Shown: one piece after another, positions 7,224-17,929 of the stretch
How positions within the stretch are numbered: the first letter of the stretch is position 1
How the letters are laid out: each line of letters starts with the position of its first letter
NCBI GenBank assembly: GCA_045539515.1
Contig: JAZQFN010000065.1
Location: forward strand, 3,429-67,428
Direction of reading: 5' to 3'
Length of the DNA: 64,000 nt
Source: Clostridia bacterium
GTDB lineage: Bacteria > Bacillota > Clostridia > UMGS1810
The notes under the pieces: model-generated
The model's input: only the letters and a program-made list of their open reading frames with translations
What the model was told of the DNA's origin: nothing
Databases searched by the model: none
Translations under genes and position numbers: made by a program

Positions 7224-8918
7224 ATGAATAATTACTACGGAATAACCCCTTACGGTGCCCTTCCCTCCGCAAGACAGTTAAAGCACCTTAAAGAATTCGG
7301 CAAGAAGGCATTTTTCCACTTTGGAGTAAATACCTTTTCAAATATGGAATGGGGCAATGGCGAAGAGGCTGAAAGCCTTTTTAATCCATCGGAAACCGAT
7401 GTGCGTCAATGGATTAAAACTATAAAGGCGGCAGGCTTTACCCTTGCCATACTCACAGTAAAGCACCACGACGGTTTTTGTCTGTGGCCCAGCAAGTACA
7501 CAGAACACACCGTGGCAAAAAGCCCCTACAAAGGCGGCAAAGGCGACATATTAAGAGAATTCACCGATGCATGCCACGAGTATGACATTGCGGTAGGTAT
7601 ATACATATCTCCATGGGACAGAAACTCCAAGTACTGGGGCAGCAATGAATACAGCAAGTTTTTTAACAGTCAGCTTACCGAAGTCCTCTCAAACTACGGC
7701 AAAATAGACGAAGTTTGGTGGGACGGTGCCGGAAGTACGGAAACACCCTACGACTGGGGTATGTGGGCACACACCATACGCAACCTTCAGCCGGAAGCGG
7801 TAATCTTCGGCTCCCTTGGTGCCACTCCCTATGTGGAAATGCATTGGGTAGGCAATGAGCACGGTCACGCAGGTGACCCCCACTACTGCACCATTGATGC
7901 TATTTCCGTAGAAAAGGAAATAACCCCCGAAATGAACAGCGGAAAGATTGGCGGAAACCGCTTTATAGTTGCGGAGGTTGACACCTCAATCCGCCCGGGC
8001 TGGTTCTATCATAAAGAGCAGGACTACTTTGTAAAGTCCACAAAGCAGCTTATAGACCTTTGGTTTGACTCCATAGGCAAGAGTGCCGTGATGCTCCTTA
8101 ACTTCCCGCCGGACAGACGGGGACTTGTTCACGAGTTGGACAGCGCAAATGCCATAGAAGCACACAACATTATCAGCAAAGCTCTAAGCGTAAACTATGC
8201 TTTAGAGGGCACAGCAAAGGCATCCTCCGAAAGATGCCCCGACTTAAGAGGCGAACAGATACTAAACGGCAACCCCGACATCTTCTGGTGCCCCGATGAA
8301 GGCGACCAAAAACCATCGGTAGAAATAACTCTCCCAAAAGAAAGAACCTTTGACACCGTGATAATAGGCGAATTTATAGAGCTTGGTGTAAGAATAGGCG
8401 GATTTACCTTTGAAGCGGAAATTGACGGCAAATGGCAGCTAATTACCGAAAAGAAATCCATCGGTTATAAAAAGGCTGTGCACTTTGAGCCCATAACCGC
8501 ATCCAAGGTTCGCTTAACCCTTACGGAATTTGCAGATATTCCTCTAATCCGTTATTTCGGTCTGTACTCCTTCCGCGAGGCAGGCTACTCCCCCATAGAA
8601 ACAAGAGTTGCCCCCGGAGATAAGTTCGACATTACAACAAATCCCAGCGTAAGCTACGAATACCACGACGACGGTCTTGTGGTAATGATAGGCGGTCTTT
8701 TCCCCTTCAACACCATAAAATTCTGCGGTGACGGCATAGAGGAATTTGAGGTACTTGCCTTTAACGGCACACAGTTCTACAGCGTATACAAGGGCACAAA
8801 CCCTGCTCATGAAGAAACTGTACGCCTTAGCGAAACAATTACAGGCTCATATCAGTTTAAACTCCTTACACACAGAAAAGAAACCACAAATCTTGATGTG
8901 CATGTTTATGAATGCTGA
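7224..8918 (+). CDS. GH29 alpha-L-fucosidase with C-terminal F5/8 type C (CBM32-like) domain
   Basis: Motifs: FFHFGVNTF, VKHHDGFCLWPS, YISPWDRN, WWDGAG. The discoidin-like region is around aa 340-450. Confidence 0.85.
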   Translation: MNNYYGITPYGALPSARQLKHLKEFGKKAFFHFGVNTFSNMEWGNGEEAESLFNPSETDVRQWIKTIKAAGFTLAILTVKHHDGFCLWPSKYTEHTVAKSPYKGGKGDILREFTDACHEYDIAVGIYISPWDRNSKYWGSNEYSKFFNSQLTEVLSNYGKIDEVWWDGAGSTETPYDWGMWAHTIRNLQPEAVIFGSLGATPYVEMHWVGNEHGHAGDPHYCTIDAISVEKEITPEMNSGKIGGNRFIVAEVDTSIRPGWFYHKEQDYFVKSTKQLIDLWFDSIGKSAVMLLNFPPDRRGLVHELDSANAIEAHNIISKALSVNYALEGTAKASSERCPDLRGEQILNGNPDIFWCPDEGDQKPSVEITLPKERTFDTVIIGEFIELGVRIGGFTFEAEIDGKWQLITEKKSIGYKKAVHFEPITASKVRLTLTEFADIPLIRYFGLYSFREAGYSPIETRVAPGDKFDITTNPSVSYEYHDDGLVVMIGGLFPFNTIKFCGDGIEEFEVLAFNGTQFYSVYKGTNPAHEETVRLSETITGSYQFKLLTHRKETTNLDVHVYEC

Positions 8919-8989
8919 TATGTTCTTTGAGACCAAAGAACCAAAGTCGTCAGGGATGCCTGCAGGTGCATCCCCGACACCTCTCCCCG

Positions 8990-9184
8990 TCCGCTTTTCT
9001 TAAACTCCGAGCAGATACGAGACTCAAATATTCAAAAATGTCGCCATTGCGGAGGCGGCGAATTACGCCGCTGTCCTCATTAAAACAAAGAAACATAAGG
9101 AAACTGAATAATTATTTCTTTGTTTTACGCCATTTTTGAACATTTTTCGTTCTATCTGCTTCCGAAGTTTAAAAGATGCGGAAT
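8990..9184. repeat. Long imperfect palindrome 1 (~195 bp)
   Basis: The left arm 8990-9100 pairs with the right arm 9108-9184. The left arm carries a ~35-bp insertion that contains its own hairpin GCGGCG-AATTA-CGCCGC. Confidence 0.7.
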
Positions 9185-9230
9185 TTACTGAACTGATAGT
9201 TTACTTCTTTATTACTAACGAGGCACTTTG

Positions 9231-9446
9231 CCCCGGTATGGTTTATTCCGCATTATTTTGATGCAATAGCAAACAAAACGAAGTACGGTAATAAATCAGC
9301 GAAAATCAAGCAAAAAATATTTCAGTTCCATTATTTGTGCTTGATTTAGCGAGGACAAGTGCCGAAAATCGGCACCTCCGCAGCATTCGCTGATTTTACC
9401 GGACAAGTCTTATGTTTGCATTGTATTAAAATACAGCGGGAGCCGG
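9231..9446. repeat. Long imperfect palindrome 2 (~215 bp), related to palindrome 1
   Basis: Arms at 9231-9312 and 9338-9446. The right arm carries a ~38-bp insertion with hairpin GTGCCG-AAAA-TCGGCAC. It shares the blocks TTCCGCAT, A(A/G)AACGAA and GCG..AAAA.CAAG.AAA with palindrome 1. Confidence 0.6.
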
Positions 9447-9589
9447 GAGTGGAGAGGGGGCGGCGGTGAGCCCGCCTCTTCAAATAGTTTTAGTTCTTTC
9501 ACTTGAAAGAACAAGTTTGATTAAACTTTCAAAGTTTTAAATAAGCCTTACGGCATTTAATAATAATTATTGAGAAGGGAAAATGAAAA

Positions 9590-11932
9590 ATGAATTACGG
9601 TTATTTTGATGTAGAAAACAAAGAATATGTAATCACCCGTCCGGACACCCCTACCCCCTGGTTTAACTACCTGGGCAACGGCGGTTACAGCTGCATTATA
9701 TCCAACAATGCAGGCGGCCCCTCCTTTGACGGCGACCCCGGTAACAGAAGAATTACCCGTTACCGCTACAACACCATGCCAATGGACAGACCCGGCAAGT
9801 ACATCTATATAAAAGATATGGAATCCGGCGAATACTGGTCTGCTTCCTGGCAACCGGTTATGAAAAATCCGGACTTCTACGAATGCAGGCACGGTCTTGG
9901 TTACACCATCATAAAGACAGTTACCTGCGGTATAGAAGCGGAAACCACCTACTTTATACCCGATGGCAAAAGCTACGAGGTATGGAGCTGTAAGCTTAAG
10001 AATGTATCCGGCAGAGAAAGAAAGCTCAAAATCTTCTCCTATGTGGAGTTCTCTTACTGGAGTGCAAACATAGACCTTACCTGCGAATGGGCAAGATACG
10101 AAATGCTCGGTGAGTGTAAAGACGGTGTTATAATCTCCGACCCTGCTGCAGAAATGTGCACCACAGGTCTTATATACGGCGTAACAGGTATGAGCCTTCC
10201 CGTAGAAGAATATGAGTGCTCAAGAGATAAATTCCTGGGTGCATACAGAAATGAGCAGAACCCCATCGCCCTTGAAAGAGGAAGCCTTACAAACAGCAAT
10301 GAAAACGCAGACAACATCTGCGGTGCTCTCTCCTCTTCCCTTACTCTGGGTGCAGAGGAAACAAAGGAATTTATTGTAACCTTAGGTACTGTAAGAGATA
10401 AAGCAAAGGCAAAAGCACTTGTGGAGGAAGCCACCAATGCCCAAACTGCAAAGGCTGACCTTCTCGCAATTAAAGAAAAATGGGATGCACACATTAAAAA
10501 ATGTCAAATTAAAACTCCCGACAGCGATGTAAACAAGATGATAAACATCTGGCACGCATATCAGTGCAAAATGACCTTTGACTGGTCAAGATTCATTTCC
10601 TACTACGAAAGAGGAATTGTTCGCGGTTGGGGATTCCGTGACAGTATGCAGGACGTGCTCGGCGTAATGCACGCTATCCCCGAAAAGGCAAAGGACAGAA
10701 TAAAGCTTCTCCTTTCCATTCAGCGTCAGGACGGAAATGCCCGTGATGTTTACTTCCCTGCTACCAAGGAATCCACCGGCGGTAACCGTTCCGACGACCA
10801 TATCTGGTCAATCTTCTCCACCTGTACCTACATAAGAGAAACCGGTGACTACGGCTTCTTAGACGAAATGGTACCCTTTGTGGACGGCGGTGAGGGTACT
10901 GTAAAAGACCATCTTATGAGAGGTCTTGAATTTACAAGAAATCACTTGGGTGCCCACGGCATACCCTTATTCCTTAACAATGACTGGAACGACAGTATAT
11001 TCTGGATTCACAAAGACGGAAAAGCGGAATCGGGCTTTGTATTCTTCCAGCTCTCCCATGCACTTTATGAATTAAAACAGCTCTTTACAGCTACCAAAGA
11101 TACCGAAAGCTACAAGTGGGCTGAGGAATACTATGACTGGTGCAAGGAAAAGTACCACGTACTCTGGGACGGCAAGTGGTTCCTCAGAGCCTTCCTTGAT
11201 AACGGCGAAAAGTTCGGTACACAGGAAGACGAAACAAACAACGTATTCTTAAATCCCCAGTCCTGGGCGGTTCTTTCCAGACTTCCCTCCAAGGAAGAAG
11301 CAAACTCCGCCTTTGACGAAGTGTATAAACAGCTTTTCTGCGAGTTCGGACTTATATCCCACTCCAACGCATCACCCAAGTACGCTCCCGAGAAAAAGAG
11401 CTTCTTTGCAATGAGTAACGGTGTTAAGGAAAACGGCGGTGTGTTCTGCCACGCAAATACATGGGCTGTAATTGCAGAAACAATCCTGGGCAGAAACAAC
11501 GAAGCCTTTGAAATCTACAAGGCATCTCTCCCTGCAAGAAGAAACGACATCTCCGACAGAACCCTTACAGAACCCTACGTATACGGTTCGGCTATGCTTG
11601 GCCCTGCTCACCCGAGATTCGGTGCAGGCTCTAACTCCTGGCTTACAGGTACAGCTTCCTGGATGTACTTTGCGGTTACTCAGTACATCTTAGGCTTCAG
11701 ACCCGACTACGACGGCATAGTGATTGACCCCTGTATCCCCGACAGCTGGGAAGGCTTTGAAATGGAAAGACAGTACAGAGGAACTCTCTGCAAGCTTAAA
11801 TGCCCCAAGCTCCCCAAAGAAAATGCAAGAGCAAAGGCGGTTACCCTTGACGGCGTAAAGCTTGATACAAACTTTATACCTGCAGAAATGCTTAAAGGCA
11901 AGAAAGAAGCAACAATCGAAGTCATTTTCTAA
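9590..11932 (+). CDS. GH94 glycoside phosphorylase (cellobiose/chitobiose phosphorylase-like)
   Basis: N-terminus MNYGYFDVENKEYVITRPDTPTPWFNYLG...RRITRYRYN and GFRDSMQD are characteristic of GH94. Confidence 0.8.
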   Translation: MNYGYFDVENKEYVITRPDTPTPWFNYLGNGGYSCIISNNAGGPSFDGDPGNRRITRYRYNTMPMDRPGKYIYIKDMESGEYWSASWQPVMKNPDFYECRHGLGYTIIKTVTCGIEAETTYFIPDGKSYEVWSCKLKNVSGRERKLKIFSYVEFSYWSANIDLTCEWARYEMLGECKDGVIISDPAAEMCTTGLIYGVTGMSLPVEEYECSRDKFLGAYRNEQNPIALERGSLTNSNENADNICGALSSSLTLGAEETKEFIVTLGTVRDKAKAKALVEEATNAQTAKADLLAIKEKWDAHIKKCQIKTPDSDVNKMINIWHAYQCKMTFDWSRFISYYERGIVRGWGFRDSMQDVLGVMHAIPEKAKDRIKLLLSIQRQDGNARDVYFPATKESTGGNRSDDHIWSIFSTCTYIRETGDYGFLDEMVPFVDGGEGTVKDHLMRGLEFTRNHLGAHGIPLFLNNDWNDSIFWIHKDGKAESGFVFFQLSHALYELKQLFTATKDTESYKWAEEYYDWCKEKYHVLWDGKWFLRAFLDNGEKFGTQEDETNNVFLNPQSWAVLSRLPSKEEANSAFDEVYKQLFCEFGLISHSNASPKYAPEKKSFFAMSNGVKENGGVFCHANTWAVIAETILGRNNEAFEIYKASLPARRNDISDRTLTEPYVYGSAMLGPAHPRFGAGSNSWLTGTASWMYFAVTQYILGFRPDYDGIVIDPCIPDSWEGFEMERQYRGTLCKLKCPKLPKENARAKAVTLDGVKLDTNFIPAEMLKGKKEATIEVIF

Positions 11933-12033
11933 GATATTTATTCAACTGAAAGGCGTTTGTCAATTAGTATTTGACAAATGCCTTTTCTTGTAATATAATA
12001 AGTAGGATATTTTTTAGAAAGAAGATGAATTTT

Positions 12034-13074
12034 ATGATAAGAGTCGGCGTTCTCGGTGCTACAGGCTACGCAGGCATAGAAACTGTCAGAATACTCACAA
12101 AGCATCCCGAAGTTGAAATAACAAAGCTCATTTCCCACAGCTTTGTAGGCAAGAAGATTTCCGAAGTTTACCCCGCATTTAAAAATGTGTGCGATATAGT
12201 GTGCGAAGACCTTGATGTGGACGATATTGCAGAAAACTGCGACATAGTGTTTACAGCTCTCCCTCACGGTGCTTCCAAGGAAGTGATACCTGCAATATAC
12301 GCCAAGGGAATTAAAATTGTGGACCTGAGCGGTGACTTCCGATACGACTCCAAGGAAGTTTACGAAAAATGGTACGGTGAGCCCCATTGCGCTCCCGAAA
12401 TCCTTGAAAAGTCCGTGTACGGTCTTTGCGAAATCCACAGAGATAAGATTAAAAATGCTACTATAGTAGGCAATCCCGGTTGCTACACAACCTGCTCCAT
12501 ACTTGCCACCTACCCTCTCCTTAAGGCAGGGGTGGTAAAGCACGACAACATTATAATCGATGCCAAATCCGGCGTTACCGGCGCAGGCAGAACAGAGAAG
12601 CTCCCCTACAGCTTCTGCGAATGTACCGAAAATTCCAAGGCGTACAAGATAGCCACACACCGTCACACCTCCGAGATTGAGCAGGAACTCGGTCATGCAG
12701 CAAATGACGAGATACTGGTATCCTTTACACCTCACCTTATACCTCAGAAAAGAGGCATACTTGCCACAAGTTACTTAAACCTTACCGAGGATATATCCGA
12801 CGAGGAAATCTACAATATTTTCTCTAAGTTCTACAAGAACGAATACTTCATAAGAGTTCACAAGCCCGGTTCGCTGCCCGAAACAAAGAATGTAGCAGGC
12901 TCCAACTTTGTGGAGATAGGCTTTAAGGTAGACCACAGATTAAAGAGGGTTGTAGTATCCTCCGTAATAGATAATCTCTACAAGGGTGCCGCAGGTCAGG
13001 CTATACAGAATATGAACATAATGATGGGTCTTGACGAAAAAACCGGCATAGACAACCCCGGATTTAATTTATAA
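12034..13074 (+). CDS. argC: N-acetyl-gamma-glutamyl-phosphate reductase
   Basis: MIRVGVLGATGYAG start. GNPGCYTT active-site Cys motif. Confidence 0.9.
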   Translation: MIRVGVLGATGYAGIETVRILTKHPEVEITKLISHSFVGKKISEVYPAFKNVCDIVCEDLDVDDIAENCDIVFTALPHGASKEVIPAIYAKGIKIVDLSGDFRYDSKEVYEKWYGEPHCAPEILEKSVYGLCEIHRDKIKNATIVGNPGCYTTCSILATYPLLKAGVVKHDNIIIDAKSGVTGAGRTEKLPYSFCECTENSKAYKIATHRHTSEIEQELGHAANDEILVSFTPHLIPQKRGILATSYLNLTEDISDEEIYNIFSKFYKNEYFIRVHKPGSLPETKNVAGSNFVEIGFKVDHRLKRVVVSSVIDNLYKGAAGQAIQNMNIMMGLDEKTGIDNPGFNL

Positions 13075-13093
13075 GATTTAAGGAGAATTACCC

Positions 13094-13993
13094 ATGAGCG
13101 GTCTTCAGCACAAAAATGATACAATAGAAACAATGATTAAGAAAGCCGATATACTTATAGAGGCTCTCCCCTATATACGCAAGCTCTACAAGAAAAAAAT
13201 CGTTATCAAATACGGCGGTAACGCTATGATTAACGAGGACTTAAAGAACTCCGTAATGGACGACATTACCCTTCTTAAGTATGTAGGCATCAACCCCATA
13301 GTGGTACACGGCGGCGGACCCGACATTACAAACGCCCTTAAGACATACAACATTCAGAGTGAATTTGTTAACGGCTTAAGAGTTACCGACAAGGATACCG
13401 TGGGCATTGCCCAGATGGTTCTGGTGGGTAAAACCAACAAGGACATAGTATCCCGTCTTAACCATGCCGGCGGTAAAGCCATAGGTCTTTGCGGTCTGGA
13501 CGGAAACCTCATCAAGTGCAAAAAGCTCTACACCGAGGTTGACGGCGAAAAGAAAGACATAGGCTTTGTAGGCGATATAGTAAGCGTAAACACCAAGGTA
13601 ATAGACCTTCTGACCGACGATGAATACATCCCGGTAATAGCTCCCATAGGTGTAGACGACGAGGGTAACAGCTACAACATAAATGCCGACTCCGTGGCAT
13701 CTGCCGTTGCAGAAGCTCTTGATGCGGAAAAGCTTATGTACTTAACCGATGTACGCGGTGTACTTGACAAAAATGATGAGCTTATCCACCGCATCTATAC
13801 CGACGAGGTTGAAAAGCTCATAAACAACGAAACCATAACCGGCGGTATGATACCCAAGGTAACCGGTTGTAAGGAAGCGGTAGACAACGGCGTTGAAAGA
13901 GTACATATAATTGACGGAAGAGTGGTACACTCCATACTTCTGGAAATCTTTACCGACCACGGTATAGGTACTATGATTCTGGAAAGAGAATAA
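13094..13993 (+). CDS. argB: Acetylglutamate kinase
   Basis: Motifs: [27 protein letters not shown]. Confidence 0.9.
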   Translation: MSGLQHKNDTIETMIKKADILIEALPYIRKLYKKKIVIKYGGNAMINEDLKNSVMDDITLLKYVGINPIVVHGGGPDITNALKTYNIQSEFVNGLRVTDKDTVGIAQMVLVGKTNKDIVSRLNHAGGKAIGLCGLDGNLIKCKKLYTEVDGEKKDIGFVGDIVSVNTKVIDLLTDDEYIPVIAPIGVDDEGNSYNINADSVASAVAEALDAEKLMYLTDVRGVLDKNDELIHRIYTDEVEKLINNETITGGMIPKVTGCKEAVDNGVERVHIIDGRVVHSILLEIFTDHGIGTMILERE

Positions 13994-14041
13994 AAAAAAC
14001 GGTCTGTAGAAAAACTTTAGTTATTCTACAGACCGTTTTTT
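13992..14041. terminator. Bidirectional terminator
   Basis: A-run, then stem AACGGTCTGTAGAA/TTCTACAGACCGTT, then T-run, between convergent genes. Confidence 0.8.
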
Positions 14042-14062
14042 ATGCTCCATTGTATTCTGATT

Positions 14063-15178
14063 TTATATTAAATCCATTATGCCAAGAAAACACATCTGCG
14101 AACATGGAACAATGTATTTTCTTCTGTTTTGGTTTACAGCTTCAATCTCTCTGTCATCATAGCGCATTGCCGCAAGCTTAAGTGACATTTTTTCATAGTA
14201 ACACTCAGCAGCATTTATTTCCGGGTATTGCCAAAGGAATGGGTTCCGGTAATAGGGTTTAAAGAAATCTACACACTTTTTAAGAGATTTGCCGTCGGTT
14301 GTTTCATAGTTCCACAAATCCACTCCCTTGTGATATGCCACCTCACTTATAAGAGTGCAGGCATCCATATTATAAAGAGTGTAGTGATAGGAACGGGTAC
14401 GGGTTATTTCGTCCACAAACCTCCCCTCCGGGTCTGTCTGCTCAGAAAGTATACGGTTACGATAGCTGTCAAAGCACTCATTAAGCTGATTTTCATCACC
14501 TGTGAACGCTGAGAAAACCGCCACCTGTGTGTTCCACCAATTGGAGTGGTTATTAAAAAAGTTCTTCTCCTCAAGACCTTTTTCACTGGTAGTAAGCCAG
14601 GTTATATACTCCGCAAACCACTTTTTAAGTCCGGAAACGAGTTCTTTATATTCACCTGTCCTGTCAAGAATATCCGCACCGTACACAACCCTTATATAAT
14701 TGGACGTGTCGATGATTCCTATACCTCTGCCACTGCACACGCCACGGATTGCCTGACCGCACTCCATATGAGGAGTTACCTTGGTTTCTTCATCTATGAA
14801 CCACACATTTAAAAGTTCCGCCGCCTTGTCAAAATATGCTTTTTTATCAAGATAAAGTCCTGCCTGGCAAAGAATGGAAACCGCATCTGCCATAGTAACC
14901 ATATCTTCCATATGAGCATTGAAACGGTCGGGATTAAATTCACCGTCACGCTTTATATATGGTCCTTCCGGATTTTTGGGGTCGGGCCACCAGTAGGGAC
15001 CTTCACTGTAGAAATCGTGAGAATTTCCACTTACTGCAGGGCTTTTGTGAAAGGTTACACTTAATGGCTTTAAAAGCATTTTTTCCTCTGCAATGTCAGT
15101 AAGCTCTCCTTTAAGACGTTTATCGGCATTTACCTTTTCCTTAATTTTCCTTATTCTTTCTTCTGTAATAAATATCAT
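14063..15178 (-). CDS. Alginate-lyase-family (PF05426-like) protein
   Basis: DFYSEGPYWWPDP...PYIKRDGEFNP and NNHSNWWNTQVA resemble the alginate_lyase domain. No signal peptide is evident. Confidence 0.6.
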   Translation of the reverse strand: MIFITEERIRKIKEKVNADKRLKGELTDIAEEKMLLKPLSVTFHKSPAVSGNSHDFYSEGPYWWPDPKNPEGPYIKRDGEFNPDRFNAHMEDMVTMADAVSILCQAGLYLDKKAYFDKAAELLNVWFIDEETKVTPHMECGQAIRGVCSGRGIGIIDTSNYIRVVYGADILDRTGEYKELVSGLKKWFAEYITWLTTSEKGLEEKNFFNNHSNWWNTQVAVFSAFTGDENQLNECFDSYRNRILSEQTDPEGRFVDEITRTRSYHYTLYNMDACTLISEVAYHKGVDLWNYETTDGKSLKKCVDFFKPYYRNPFLWQYPEINAAECYYEKMSLKLAAMRYDDREIEAVNQNRRKYIVPCSQMCFLGIMDLI

Positions 15179-15186
15179 AATATCAC

Positions 15187-17085
15187 CTATTCAAGATACA
15201 AGCCTGCCTCAGGCATAATAAGGTGGGCAAGGTTGTAGTATATGTAGTATTTGTTTGTTATAATATCCGAAAGCTTCATAGGGCTTATGGCAGTATAATT
15301 TATGCCAAGAAGAATTTTGGCTATTTCACCAAGCACCGAGTAGCTTCCGTAGGTAAATACATCTATATCCTCAAAGCCGTACTCGGTCTTTAACATTTCC
15401 ACGGTTTTAACAAGGTCATATGCCATAAGAGCAAGAACAGAATCTCCCATATACACCATATCCTTGTTTAGCTTTTCCAAAAGTCCGTATACGGATTTTG
15501 GGTGCTTTTCTCCACTTATATTTATGGGGAAATTTTCTCCGATGCAGGCAATATCCGCCACGAGGACTGCTCTGCCTTTATTTATAAGGCTCTGAATTTC
15601 TTCCTTGTGCCTGCCTATATCGTTGGTTCCGTCTTCCCAAAGGCAGATTGTAACAGGTAATTTTTTGCCCTTTTGGTCCATACTTCTTATAAGCAAACCA
15701 AAATCTATGGTGTAGTCCTGAGGATGCCAGAATATCTTTTCGGCATATAAACCGCATGTAATCTCAGTATCCAAATGAACCACATCAAGGGGACAGGCTT
15801 TTCTGTTTTGGTAAACTTTTTCTTGGAAGAAGGCTCTTTTCTCCTCCGGTGTTTTTGGGTTTGCCTTTGATTTTTCGTATATTGCCTTGTTTTCTTCAAA
15901 GGCTGAAAGAGAATCGGCAAACTCAAGGTGAACATTGCCGGTTTTTGTGCAGCAAAGGTCCTTCTCGGGCAGTACTTTAAGAGCTTCTGTGCTTACTTCC
16001 ACAATTTCTCCTCCAAGGTGCTTTGCAAAAAATTCGCTTGCCGCCTTTGCGAGAACTTCTGTGTATCTGTGCTGTGAATCGTCGTACACAATGCCAAGGG
16101 AATCCTCTGCATCAAAAAATCCATAGAACTTTCTATTGGTGTTATACACCCTTCTTGCACCCTCCACGGGGAAAAAGTCACTCTTTACCGCAAGTATAAG
16201 GTAGGGTTTGGGACAAAAACATGCCACAAGCTCTTGATGGTCAAAACCATTGTTTGTGATTCCCTGCCATATCTGTTCGGAATCCTGTGCACCTCCCTGA
16301 TGGAATATATCTCTGCGGGTGGACACAAAGGTTCCCGGAGCTGCAGCCTTTATACGATCGTCTATTAAAGATATTACACAGGTCTGTGTGCCTCCTCCGG
16401 AAGAACCGGTAGCTCCTATTTTGTCGGAATCTATTTCGGGTCTGGATTGCAAATAGTCTATGGCGCGCATGGCATCTGCCACAAAGTATTTTGTTGGGCT
16501 TCCCTGGGTTAAAAACATCTGTGCACCGAAGGTCTGATGATCCATAACAGCTCTGGAAATCAGAGGTTCACTAAATCCGGGTTCGGTGTAGTTGCTTCTT
16601 TCTCCCTGACCTGTGGGGTCTATGAGAAGAACTGCACTTCCCCCTCTTGCAATAAGCCTTGCAACCTTTTGATAATCCTCGCTGAACTTACCGTTTTGGG
16701 CGTGACCGGGCTGAAAAAGAACACCGGGGCATTTATCCTTACGCTTTTTGGGCAGATAGAAATTAGCCGTTACATACACTCCCGGTCGGGAATTGAACAC
16801 AACCTTTTCTATGGTGAGGTCGTCCTCTTCTACAACACCTACAGTAACCGCATTAAGAGGCAACGAGTTGTCGTATGGTATCTCGCCTATACTACTTAGG
16901 AAAACCTCCTTCATATTCTGCTGATACTTAAGAAACTCTTCTTTATCGGCTACGACATCTCTTATGGTGTCGCCCTTTCTGAAAAACTCCTCTGACATAT
17001 GCTCTATGTACCTGTAAATGTTCAAGTTGAGATTACGGTCCCATGTTCCCGGAGTATAGCTCTGCAAAGCATCAAATTGAATCAT
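15187..17085 (-). CDS. Alpha/beta hydrolase (acetyl-xylan-esterase-like)
   Basis: Nucleophile elbow GATGSSGGG. 632 aa. AGGAG RBS lies in the 15-bp gap after dapB. Confidence 0.6.
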   Translation of the reverse strand: MIQFDALQSYTPGTWDRNLNLNIYRYIEHMSEEFFRKGDTIRDVVADKEEFLKYQQNMKEVFLSSIGEIPYDNSLPLNAVTVGVVEEDDLTIEKVVFNSRPGVYVTANFYLPKKRKDKCPGVLFQPGHAQNGKFSEDYQKVARLIARGGSAVLLIDPTGQGERSNYTEPGFSEPLISRAVMDHQTFGAQMFLTQGSPTKYFVADAMRAIDYLQSRPEIDSDKIGATGSSGGGTQTCVISLIDDRIKAAAPGTFVSTRRDIFHQGGAQDSEQIWQGITNNGFDHQELVACFCPKPYLILAVKSDFFPVEGARRVYNTNRKFYGFFDAEDSLGIVYDDSQHRYTEVLAKAASEFFAKHLGGEIVEVSTEALKVLPEKDLCCTKTGNVHLEFADSLSAFEENKAIYEKSKANPKTPEEKRAFFQEKVYQNRKACPLDVVHLDTEITCGLYAEKIFWHPQDYTIDFGLLIRSMDQKGKKLPVTICLWEDGTNDIGRHKEEIQSLINKGRAVLVADIACIGENFPINISGEKHPKSVYGLLEKLNKDMVYMGDSVLALMAYDLVKTVEMLKTEYGFEDIDVFTYGSYSVLGEIAKILLGINYTAISPMKLSDIITNKYYIYYNLAHLIMPEAGLYLE

Positions 17086-17100
17086 AGTTATGTCTCCTTT

Positions 17101-17853
17101 TTAGTTGAGCATGGCTTTCATATCGTACATTCCGGGGAGTTTATCTTTAATGTAAATTGCCGCCTTAATGCTTCCAACAGCAAATACTTCCTTGCTCATT
17201 GCAGTATGTTTAATCTCTATAATTTCGTCATTGCCGGCAAATATAACCTCATGTTCGCCAACTATTGTACCGCCGCGTACTGCGTGTATGCCGATTTCCT
17301 TTTTGCTTCTCTTTTTACGTACAGAGTGTCTGTCATATACATATTCAGGTGTTTCTGACAGAACTGAAGAAATTTCATCTGCTATCATAAGGGCAGTACC
17401 GCTGGGGGCATCTATCTTCTGATTGTGGTGCTTCTCGATTATTTCTATATCAAAATTATCTTCAAGAATCTGTGCAGCTTTCTTAACGAGATTAACAATT
17501 AAGTTTACACCAAGGGACATATTTGCTGTTTTAAATACGGCTATCTCATTGGAAAGGTCACCAAGAACTTGAATTTGCTCACTGCTTAACCCGGTAGTAG
17601 CCATTACCAGGGGAGTTTTGGTTTCTCTGCAGTACTTAACTATACCGTTGAAGGATGCAGGGTGAGAGAAATCTATAACCACGTCGCCCCTGCAGGGTGC
17701 ATCGGCAAAGTCGGAATAAACCTCATAGTTCCACTTCTTTTCAGTATTGATATCGTAGCCGAAAGCAATATTTACATCTTCCATATCAGCTGCAAGACGG
17801 GAAATAACCTGCCCCATCTTGCCGTTACAGCCGGATAAGATAATATTTGTCAT
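17101..17853 (-). CDS. dapB: 4-hydroxy-tetrahydrodipicolinate reductase
   Basis: GCNGKMG NAD motif and E.HH..K.DAPSGTA motif. ATG at 17853 follows GGAGG. The track start is a TTG overlapping the RBS. Confidence 0.9.
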   Translation of the reverse strand: MTNIILSGCNGKMGQVISRLAADMEDVNIAFGYDINTEKKWNYEVYSDFADAPCRGDVVIDFSHPASFNGIVKYCRETKTPLVMATTGLSSEQIQVLGDLSNEIAVFKTANMSLGVNLIVNLVKKAAQILEDNFDIEIIEKHHNQKIDAPSGTALMIADEISSVLSETPEYVYDRHSVRKKRSKKEIGIHAVRGGTIVGEHEVIFAGNDEIIEIKHTAMSKEVFAVGSIKAAIYIKDKLPGMYDMKAMLN

Positions 17854-17929
17854 ATGTTTTTCCTCCAAAATAGTATTAAAGGGTACAGCAAAATGAGTTT
17901 ATTCATTTTACTGCACCCATATAATCGGT

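Noticed and set aside
8746-9139. Two ORFs (85 and 75 aa) spanning the end of the fucosidase gene and the gene-free gap.
   Set aside because: They have no SD and Arg/Ser/Pro-rich composition, and they run through the arms of the long palindrome. The sequence is better explained as a repeat or structured element.
17869-17929. A hairpin between dapA and dapB as a possible internal terminator splitting the operon.
   Set aside because: The stem (GGGTGCAGTAAAATGA/TCATTTTGCTGTACCC) is followed by only a short interrupted T tract, and dapB has its own strong RBS 60 bp later. It could be a partial attenuator or a stability element, but the evidence is too weak to call.
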